From assembly GCA_048013815.1 (NCBI GenBank), contig CM106586.1, positions 13,702,001 to 13,766,000 of the forward strand: 64,000 nt of DNA, written 5' to 3'. Of the stretch, positions 1 through 10,100 are shown piece after piece (position 1 is the first letter of the stretch; each line of letters begins with the position of its first letter). Under the pieces are notes generated by a model, which saw only the letters and a list, made by a program, of their open reading frames with translations, had not been told where the DNA came from and did not search any database. The stretch comes from Setoptus koraiensis. Lineage: Eukaryota; Animalia; Arthropoda. The translations under genes and the position numbers were made by a program.

Positions 1-999
1 TCGATTCGATGTTAGTCGTTGTTCGATGACATAGAATAGCAAATCGAATTGTGCGCAGACAGACAAACAGTTAAAACATATGGAGCATTAGCTAGCGGAG
101 TGCGAATTGGCACAGATTCAACAAACACACACAGACAGACACGCACAGACAGGCGGAGAGTGTGCAAAACGCAATACTCCGCCATGTACAAATGGTGGTG
201 TGAGTGAGAACAGGGTCTGCATTACAGAGAGACAGGGTCCATCTTGTTTTTGTTTCACATCATCGTTATTATTTTACATTGGATTTTGCACCCTCGCTTT
301 GTGTCGCCATTTTCGATTCTATTTGTTCTATATTCTGCACACTGGATTACACACAAATGAGCCCACCAGAACGACCAACGGAATTCTAGATCATAGTTCG
401 AATTTGGTTCCAATATTCGCTAGGCCTGGATACATATTATCACATCGTCGCCACTAACTGGTAGTAGCTAATTCAGCATAGATTCAATTGGAACAACTAG
501 TATATATTACTAAATAATTACTACATTGATGCTAACTCTCATCGCGACCACAATATTTCAGAAATATCTCGGGATAAACCTCAATTTAGACCATTTTTAT
601 TATTCGATCAATTGATTGTCTATAACTGTTATTACATTCAGCTTGAGATCAATCTGAGTCACACCATCGATATTAACCCGAATCGCTGGATAATAGTAAT
701 AATATTGAATATCATCAATAAGCTAGCCCATAGGGATACAGAGCTACAGGCGGCGTCATTAAATTGACTCAACCACTTTACAATAATAAGGGAGGCGCTT
801 ATTATTGCAACACAATTACATAACAACAAACACAGTTGAACGTGCGCCTTTGCTGGCCCGGAGTGCTGGTGGATATTTCCAGTTATTGCTGACTGTATGT
901 ATTACACACTATAAACCAAGTCTGTCTTATTTGACTACGCACCCAGTTTCCTGCCGTGCCGATGCCGTTCGACTAGCTCGCTCAATACTCTCTGTCTAG

Positions 1000-1038
<39 letters not shown>

Positions 1039-2390
1039 CACACACACACACTTTTGGAACTATCGATGAGAACTTCATTATTAACAGAATCTAATTAGGC
1101 TGTAATAATTATAATAATTTCTGTTGCGCAACAACACGACTACAAGTATTCCCACAGGCAAATAAACTAAGGCATAGACTCATATTAGATAGCTGATCCA
1201 TTAAACTAACACCGTGTAATTCTTATCTCATCAAACAACTATCACCTATTAATCCATCCAGTCGTTCATTGATGAGGCACACTCAAGTATCTTCAATCAA
1301 GCCTGTTTTCTAACAACACGTTACAGGTAATGCTGTTGTAGTTCTACAATAGCTTTTCAATTTAAAAATCTTTTGGAGCCGAAACAGGGAACATCGTCTA
1401 GAACATTGGAGCAAATCGCCATCTTTTGGGATATCGTTACTCACTCAACATTAGGCATATGTCACGTTTATCACAAGCATGACGACGATGATATTTTAAG
1501 CTCGCTAATCTCCAAATAGAAGTTTTTTGTTGAAAATTCATAAGTGCAATCGTCACATTACATCAAATCTTCACAGTTAGTAAACAAATTGCTTTTCCAA
1601 GCCAGATACATAGATAGTCTGCGCCTCCATCTGGAACATGCAGTCAGCGCAGGCTCGACCACACTATTAGTCATACAACAGCTACACTGATTTTGTTGCA
1701 GCAGTCAGTCAGTCAATCAGACGACACGACACCAAAGCGGCTTGGGCAAACATTAAATCGGTATAAAAATGATTATCATCTTACTGCTGTTTAATTGTTT
1801 ATATTGATGATTATCATGATATCATCACTACTAGCTAGCTCCAACCAATGCTCAATTTACCACAATTCACTACTATCAACAACGACAATATTGGCCATAT
1901 TATTTTGGATGGTGAAAACATTGAACTATCACAAACTTGCAAGCTGTGATTGTTGTTAGTAGTTTGATGAACCACTACATCATCGATAATACAAGTAAGT
2001 TGATCAATTGAATATATCTCAACTCAATTTCTATCAGCAACATAGATAAATCTCAACTAGTATTCGATGTATCTTTCTCTTTCTTGCTAAAGCGTATGGT
2101 CTCCGAAGTGGCGTTAACTCGGACACTTCCTCTTTCAATCTTCAATTGCCAACTATATCATATAACCAATATGCTCATTCGAAGATGACATCTGAACAAA
2201 AACTATCAGAAACTTTCTTCCTCCAGTGAAGTGATCTATCCGACATATGGACAACAGATATCCATGCGTGATCATCACACAAGTGCATTAACAAATAACT
2301 AATCATTGTCTACAGACACATCCTTCTGCTAAAAGTTCGAATCAGAAAAACAAAAGAAGCACACACCCATGAAAGGATAATCTATTTCTT

Positions 2391-4228
2391 TTGTACTTTG
2401 ACTGGGATAGGCAACCAAATCTAGATACAGTGCAATCATTTTTTTCTCAAATTTTCAAAACGGCTGTACACGCTGATACTGACCAAGCCACTCGAGAAAC
2501 CTTGAGTGGTTCGATTGACGAAAGTGATTGGCATACCAAATGTGAAGAGTGTGATACAACTGTTATTGACGGTCCACTTACGAATATCAGTTCAATTTCA
2601 CATAAAACTATACCTTTCAAGATTGAGCATCAACTGAAGAAATGTAAACAAGTACAAAAAACAACTTTGTCTAATAACGGATCACAATCAAACCAAGATG
2701 TAGTATCTGAGGAAGGGACCAGCTCCGTCATTGACGGACCAATAAAATGTGGGTCCAACTGGGACAGTCCAGGAAAAAACAGCGACGAACGAATGATCAC
2801 ATCTAGATCAGAATTTGTGAGACAAGTTAACGACAGTTGCGATGCTCGTGATCAAAACAAAATAAGTGACAAAAGTGAATCTGAATTGTCTCACAAGCAC
2901 TTCAATTACCCTCCGAGTGATAACCAACCACCTTCAGTTAGTGATAATAAACTAGTTATGGGGCCCACTAAGTTTGAGCCAAATTTTACTGGTGATGACG
3001 GTTCATTGATATTTCAAAGCAATAAATCCAGAGTATCTGACTACTCTACCGCTCACAACGTTGTTAGTATGAAATGTGTATCGTCTTCAGCCCCTCAAGA
3101 TGTGCCTGTCGTCACAATAAATGATTTGAAAAAGAAGACTATTGATCCAAAAGACGCTAATCCATCAACTAATTGGATCACAGACCTACAAGATTTTAAC
3201 ATTAGATATGATTTCAGATGCCGCTCCATTCAGACCGACCATCTCAAGACATCTACCATAAAAGATGTACCTAGTCGTCGAGCATCATCTCTAACTTCAA
3301 ACGCGTCATCTCAACCATCTGCACCGTTACTGGGGAATCTTGAAGTAAGTCTTCATTTGTCTGAAGTTCAGACTCTGAACAGCTCTTCATCGATCTCGAA
3401 AGTTAGAGGTGTTTTCCGATCAACCACTGCCATGATACGTTCAATTTATTTAACTTGTCTACTCTTTTGAAATCACTTTACAACCAAATCCATATCATGA
3501 TTGTCATACTTAGGAAAATATTCTCAACCGGAGACTAGCACCCGTTCAAACTGTGGATGGATTTAGAGCTGAGATTAGAGCAAGTGGCTCATTTTGCCCT
3601 AGACCATTATCATCACCAGTGACTGTTTCATTCTATTGTATCGGGGACAGCTTTCCATATCTAGGTCAACTTCATTTAGGAGACAAAGGCTATCACATAC
3701 CACGCAAAGGTACACTCCAAGTCACATTGTTCAATCCATTAGGAACTGTGGTAAAGATGTTTATAGTCTTTTTCGATTTGTCGGATATGCCAGCAAATTC
3801 ACAAACCTTCCTCCGCCAGAGAACTCTCTATATGCCCAACTCATTGGGAATTCAAACTTCGATTAATAGTCATGATCCAGAGAATATTCGAAGAGTCAGA
3901 TACATAATACATTTAAGGTGGGTCCGACTCACCTTTATAGGTAGAGGTTCATCATAGTGACATATGTTTTAATGCAAACTAATGTGCCTGAACTAGCTCT
4001 CTAATGTTAACCTAAATACATGCTAATATTTATTTTTCATCGAAAACTTTTTCTCATAGATTTGTCAGCTCTAAATCTGGAAGGATTTATCTAAATGAAG
4101 ACGTGAGAATCTACATTTCTAGAAAGAGTGATCTCGACGCTGCCACAAGGATGATGACGGATCAAACCCATGAACTACGATCATTCGATGAATATCCTGA
4201 GAGTCCTAGATTTTCCACCAGATCATGA
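2391..4228 (+). CDS. Atos: Atos homolog (ATOSA/FAM214A, Drosophila Atossa family), copy 1. Exons about 2391-3344, 3514-3917, 4060-4228; 5' end unresolved
   Basis: Spliced product reads LLGNLE|ENILNRRLAPVQTVDGFRAEIRASGSFCP...GTLQVTLFNPLGTVVKMFIVFFDLSDMPANSQTFLRQRT...VRYIIHLR|FVSSKSGRIYLNEDVRIYISRKS...PESPRFSTRS*, matching the conserved FAM214 C-terminus. GT-AG introns at 3345-3513 and 3918-4059 keep the frame. An in-frame TGA at 2370 means the true start or upstream exons are uncertain. Confidence 0.9.
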
Positions 4229-4938
4229 CCTCCGCCGCTACTTTACAACAAACGATATCCAAAACAAAGCGGATGCTCTTACGTTATTATAGGTTTTTTT
4301 CAAATTGATTTCCAATCATATATATTGGAATAATAGAAATGATACTTCAAACCTACTGACGGAAGCACTGTACCGGCAATCGATTGTATCCCTCAGCTAG
4401 CCACAAAGTATACCTTTTCCATATTCAGAATGGTATTCATAGTGATTTTTACTTCGATATTGAAACGCCAAACGGTACTGTCACTCATAACAAACTGAGT
4501 TCGATACATAGTACAAGCTAGAAATTTCGCCGAAATGTTTCCATGAGAATATCTATGCAACTGTCAGTTCTATACTGGAAGACTAACCGAAAATTGTAAA
4601 TAGTTATCAACCGTTTAGTTCATTAATAATCCTACTATGTCTAGACTTACAAATATATAATCTAACAAGTGTATAGTATAACAGATATCGTGCACATTTT
4701 TAACGCCGATACAATATTACTACATAGAAAAAGAATGTTACTATTTGCATATATTGCAAATACAAAAAGAAATTATTAGCCATTGATTGTGTTCGAAAGA
4801 GATAAGTATCCTAGCTAGGATAAAGGGTGAGCGGCGTGAAAATGTGCCTGGTATCTGGATTTGAAAACCCCCTCAATAGGATGTCATTTTGAGAGTATAC
4901 CTGATTAGGTGGTACCCGGATATTTAGTTCTGTTTACA

Positions 4939-5850
4939 CTATAATTGTTCCAATATATTCTTGACTTCGCAATGCTTCTCTCTCAAGAATTGTAACTCGA
5001 TGTTGTAGAGTTGTTCTGCTTCTTTTATGTTAGTGCATGAGATGAATTCTTTTAGTCTTGATCTAGTCTCATCAATGAATGCCAGTAACTTTGAAGCCTC
5101 GTCTCGAGATTTAAAATCATTTTTCAGCAAAAAGTACTTGAAGGTTATGAGATCCATCGATTCTTTTACAACTTCGAACGATATGGGACCATAAATTCTG
5201 ATTAAATAGTCGATATGTTCATTCAAACAATCTAGCGCTAGTTGGAATTCTTTGGTCAACTTAAAATATTCATAAAGTCCTTTTCGGACCTCTACCATGA
5301 CAGGATTTTTCCAGTAGACTAAATCGGAAATCTTTTGTTTGCATTCCATCAGCTTCTTCGACTTTTGGGTGTTGCTTGACATGTGCTGGTTGGAAGTTTC
5401 GATTGAGAGCCATTTTCTCAATTCTCCTATTTGTTCCAGTCTAAGTTTGACATCGAGCTTGGTGGATTTACATTTCATGCAAGCAGAAGTATAGTCTCTA
5501 TTATATATAACAGGACCTTCGCATGAGGAACACTGCAAAGCCTTCGTTTCGTCCTCCTCGTTATTAGAGCAAGCATGACATGAGCAATCAAAATAATATT
5601 GACTTTTCAGTCTTGATTGGCGATCTTTTTTCGACATACTACGAACCGAAGGCCCGTAACAGTAACAGACTTCGTCTCCAGGTTGTATGCTCCCACCAGC
5701 TCGCACTATCATTTTGTTGTTTTGGAACATGGTCAATACATTCGGCCTACAGCTGTGATTGAGTAAACTAATCGTTGCATATATTGCAATTCCGATTGGT
5801 TTTTCGACCACATCTGAGGTTTCAGTTGATAATTCATGAAATTGTTGATC
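4939..5850 (-). CDS. Smyd4: Smyd4 3' part, copy 1 (partial; 5' portion lost at the gap)
   Basis: Open frame containing SLLNHSCRPNV, EVCYCYG and post-SET FDCSCHAC. Identical in protein to the copy 2 C-terminus except Y/H at RI(Y/H)GP. Confidence 0.88.
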   Translation of the reverse strand, partial: DQQFHELSTETSDVVEKPIGIAIYATISLLNHSCRPNVLTMFQNNKMIVRAGGSIQPGDEVCYCYGPSVRSMSKKDRQSRLKSQYYFDCSCHACSNNEEDETKALQCSSCEGPVIYNRDYTSACMKCKSTKLDVKLRLEQIGELRKWLSIETSNQHMSSNTQKSKKLMECKQKISDLVYWKNPVMVEVRKGLYEYFKLTKEFQLALDCLNEHIDYLIRIYGPISFEVVKESMDLITFKYFLLKNDFKSRDEASKLLAFIDETRSRLKEFISCTNIKEAEQLYNIELQFLREKHCEVKNILEQL

Positions 5851-6350
5851 NNNNNNNNNNNNNNNNNNNNNNNNNNNNNNNNNNNNNNNNNNNNNNNNNN
5901 NNNNNNNNNNNNNNNNNNNNNNNNNNNNNNNNNNNNNNNNNNNNNNNNNNNNNNNNNNNNNNNNNNNNNNNNNNNNNNNNNNNNNNNNNNNNNNNNNNNN
6001 NNNNNNNNNNNNNNNNNNNNNNNNNNNNNNNNNNNNNNNNNNNNNNNNNNNNNNNNNNNNNNNNNNNNNNNNNNNNNNNNNNNNNNNNNNNNNNNNNNNN
6101 NNNNNNNNNNNNNNNNNNNNNNNNNNNNNNNNNNNNNNNNNNNNNNNNNNNNNNNNNNNNNNNNNNNNNNNNNNNNNNNNNNNNNNNNNNNNNNNNNNNN
6201 NNNNNNNNNNNNNNNNNNNNNNNNNNNNNNNNNNNNNNNNNNNNNNNNNNNNNNNNNNNNNNNNNNNNNNNNNNNNNNNNNNNNNNNNNNNNNNNNNNNN
6301 NNNNNNNNNNNNNNNNNNNNNNNNNNNNNNNNNNNNNNNNNNNNNNNNNN
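5851..6350. other. Scaffold gap of exactly 500 N
   Basis: 500 N. The left contig ends in GATC and the right contig starts exactly on an LTR terminus (TGTAACG). Fixed 500-N spacers are typical of some Hi-C scaffolders (inference). Confidence 0.99.
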
Positions 6351-6564
6351 TGTAACGACCAAATCGTTCAGTCGGTACAAGATATACTAATATGACGCTG
6401 AGGGAGGTTTACTTTAGCTGTTAGATGTTTATTGTATGAGAGTTGAAGCACAAGTGAAGTGTTTGAGATGAATACACGCATATATAAGTGTTTACAAGTG
6501 AATATCATAAGTGAACCATGAGATGAATAGTACGTGTGTGGATAGTTACAACAGTGGCGTTACA
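6351..6564 (-). mobile_element. 214-bp LTR of a second, related LTR-retrotransposon family, in inverted orientation (solo LTR or 5' LTR of an element running into the gap)
   Basis: Termini TGTAACG...CGTTACA are the same 7-bp inverted ends as the neighbouring element. The minus strand reads TATATA followed by AATAAA, as in the neighbour's LTR. The interior is otherwise unrelated. Confidence 0.75.
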
Positions 6565-6568
6565 GCCA

Positions 6569-6837
6569 TGTAACGACCCGTTCCGTGCCGCTACTATTCA
6601 CGCACACTCCAACTGACACACCCACTGACACACCCCTTTCCCGACCACAAACACGCTACAGTTCATCATAACCCACTTCCTGTTCACACAATATATATTA
6701 CACACACAGTTACCAATAAAGATCACTCTTACGTTAGCCTTAAGACAATACACAACTCGCTATTTGCCTAATTATTTATATAAAGAACTCTCGCGTTCGT
6801 TGTCTAGATATCACCCGACATCAACCACAACGTTACA
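6569..6837 (+). repeat. 5' LTR
   Basis: TGTAACG...CGTTACA; TATATA then AATAAA inside; no difference from 13257-13525 seen. Confidence 0.97.
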
Positions 6838-6839
6838 TA

Positions 6840-6857
6840 TGGCATCCCATTTCGTGA
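6840..6857 (+). promoter_or_regulatory. Putative primer-binding site (cognate tRNA not identified)
   Basis: TGGCATCCCATTTCGTGA begins 2 nt after the LTR; TGG is complementary to tRNA CCA. Confidence 0.6.
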
Positions 6858-7131
6858 CTTACTGATAAAATTCTAAGAGTCCCAATTAAAACAAAAATTT
6901 GTTGCAATCAGTGTGTTGCAGACAAAGAGAAAAAACCGTTGGAAATTTGAGCACGCTGTTAGCGCACACACGTAAGGCAATCAGCCATTTTGGGATTGCG
7001 GTGTAGCAAGACAATTTCAACATTATTCATTTGTATCGGGAGGTAGAATTGTTATCCCTAAGTAGATAAATAACTAGGGTAGGAGTTAAGAAGTCGTTAA
7101 GCAGTATTAGTCAAGGAAAAATCAACTCAAG

Positions 7132-10100
7132 ATGAGTTCAGACGAAAATAATGATAAATCAGGAGTCCAGGACTCCATAAATGAAGAGAAAGTCGAGCAA
7201 ACGATTGCTGACAAACTCACTGAAACAGTTTTAGGAAAGTTAGGAGGATTGCTAAGAGAGCAATTCCAAACACTGAATCAAAGGATAGAAGCCATTGAGA
7301 AGAGCAATGCAAATGCTTCAACTCTAATAGATACGACGTATTATGATGCAGACCAAACTAGGAAAGCACAGAATAGAACGTCGACAACAAAGAAATCGGG
7401 ATCGGATCCCAAACAACCTGAAAGATTAAACGAGTGTGATGAGTCAGACTCATCGTCAATTATTAGTAATGTATCACAAGATGTGAGACCAACATTCATT
7501 ATAGCGAATACCACTGTAATACCTTTACCAGACTTCAGCGGAGAAAGACAAGACGCAAGAAAGTGGCTGAGAGGATATGAGCAAGCTTGCCAAATGAACA
7601 ATTACAGTGATCATCAGAAAATCCAATATGTAGGTTCGTGTATGAAGACCCCTAAAGCACATGCTTATTGGGTAACCGAAGTAGAAGATACCGGCATTGA
7701 TTGGACAAGATTTAAACAGACATTCCTAGAGGATCATACAGACAATAATATAAAGATAGAGCAACTTACAAAACTGTGTAATGCTAGACAGTATAGTGAA
7801 GAGACACCGATTGAATTCTACACAAGAGTGAGAAAACTTTGTAAAGATTATGACAGATACTTGCCAGATGATCGTGTCATTGAATACATCATGAAAGGAT
7901 TGAAAATACAATATGCTAATTATGTTAGAGAAAGTACAGGATCTCTAAGTAAGCTTAAAGATAGTCTCAAATCGATAAGAACTTTGAAAAATAGAGAGAG
8001 ACCTGATGATAAAACAAACAAAAGCCCCAGAAAGGAAGCTAGAGAGCAACTCAAAAAGGATGAGTGTGCTAAGTGCCACAAAACTGGTCATTGGGCAAAA
8101 GAATGTCCAGAGAATAAGAAACCAAACGATCAACCTGATAACAAAAGCACTGCCAAGGATAAAATGAAACTGAAAGTGAACCAGGTTCATACAAATGATG
8201 AAAGTGAATCAGATAAAGAATCTTCAACTGAAGAAGATACAAAATCAGTTAACAGTGAAACAGAATGTAACACCGAGACGGTCTCGGACGATTCCGAAAA
8301 TAACATAAACATGATTCAAAATAACGAACAAATCGCTATATCCAAACTCAATAATATGAGTAAATATCTAAGACAATTTGGAGAGATCAAAGTCGATGTC
8401 AAGATAAACAACATTAAAGAATGTTTACAGTTAGACTCAGGCGCAGGTATGACTGTGATCAATAAAACAAAAGCCATTAACACAAAACTCACAATATTAG
8501 ATTGGGATCACAAGCCATTCAGAGCTTTCAACAATGGAACAGTTACACCATTAGGATATTCAAGTGCTGTATTTGAATATGATGGACAGAGAAACTGTCT
8601 TATAGTAGCCATAGTAGGAGATGAATTCGATTCACTTCTAGGCAGAGATTTCATTCGAGTGTTTAACATTCCGATTGGTAGAAACGGCAAGATCTCACCA
8701 GGTGAGGATGACATAGCCATACTTAAACAAGACTTCTCAGGAAGCGAAACTGACGAAGATGAAGAAGTTAAAATTTCAGTGAAGACTGAGATACTTCTAG
8801 AACCTTTTGAGATGAAAGCAGTAGAAGTTGAGAGATCAGACGACTCGTTATGTAAAATTGAAATGAATGGTCTCCAAACTAACGAAATCAAAGGACTTTT
8901 TGTCAGCCCAGGTACAACAGAAAAAGAGAAAACATTTCGAATATTTATTCAGAACAGATCGGAACAACCGAACATACTATTTGTAAAACAAGTTATGGCA
9001 ACTGGAAGACATATTAATCCTGAACCATACAAACCCGACGACTCCGACATTATAATCAACAGTTTATCTACAATTCTTGCAACGTCTACACAACATAAAG
9101 ATAGAAAATCTATACTAGAACCAATGCTCAAAATGGATGATAGGTTATCCGTCGACCAGGTCGACGAAATGAAGAAAGGAATACTCCTATACTCAGATGT
9201 GTTCTCTATCAGTCCGACTGATTTAGGTCACGTGAAGATAACGAAACATAAGATTGAGACAGGTGACTCAAGACCAATTGCATTGAAGCCATACCGTATG
9301 GCCCATAAAGAGAAAGAAATCTTCAGAACAATGTTAGACGACATGCTGAATGCAAAAGTGGTTAGACCATCAAAAAGCCCGTGGGCATTTCCGGTCGTCC
9401 TTGTGGACAAACCAGATGGATCTAAACGATGTTGCATCGATTACCGCAAACTTAATGCAATCACAGTCCCCGACAGGTATCCGATACCTCACTGTGACGA
9501 AGCTTTAGAACTAATGTCTGGAATGAATTATTTCAGCAAGCTAGATATCACATCTATGTATTGGCAGATAGCAATGGACGAGAACGACATAGAGAAGACC
9601 TCGTTCACAACACCATTTGGATGCTACGAGTTTGTAGTAATGCCGTTTGGCTTAATGAATGCCCCAGCTACTGCAGTACGCCTCATGAATACAGTTCTCA
9701 ATGGAATGAATGGAGAATATGTCTTCGTTTATTTCGATGACATTTTGATATTTAGTGAAACATTTGAAGAACACCTAATTCACGTACAACATGTTCTTAT
9801 GGCATTAAGAGAATACAACATAAAACTAAAACCAACCAAATGTTCATTCGGATTAGCAAGCACTTCCTTCTTAGGTAACCATATATCCTCGGTTGGAATC
9901 AAACCAGATCCAGAGAGATCATCAGATGTAGAGAAATTCGAACAACCTAAAAATGTTACGCAGGTTAAGAGTTTCTTAGGCCTATGTAATTACTATAGAA
10001 GATTTGTGAAGAACTTCGCTATGATTGCAAAACCGATGAACGATCTCACAAAAAAGAATATCAAGTTCCAATGGGATTTGAGCTGCCAGGCAGCCTTCGA

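Larger units (their letters stand above)
1..5850. repeat. Copy 1 of a near-identical duplicated segment (true extent begins upstream of the window; ends at the N gap)
   Basis: Matches 14332-20181 at constant offset 14331. About 14 substitutions seen by eye (e.g. 496, 578, 1121, 3726, 4349, cluster 5040-5200) plus a compensating (CA)n slip at about 1028-1032. Confidence 0.97.

Noticed and set aside
107-999. ORFs 107-457, 204-389, 805-999 and their duplicates
   Set aside because: Non-ATG starts, microsatellite-derived content and no recognisable motif; identity between copies only reflects the duplication.
6565-6568. GCCA spacer as a 2-LTR circle junction of the Gypsy element
   Set aside because: The two LTRs belong to different families, and the spacer does not match the PPT-derived GA or the PBS-side bases.
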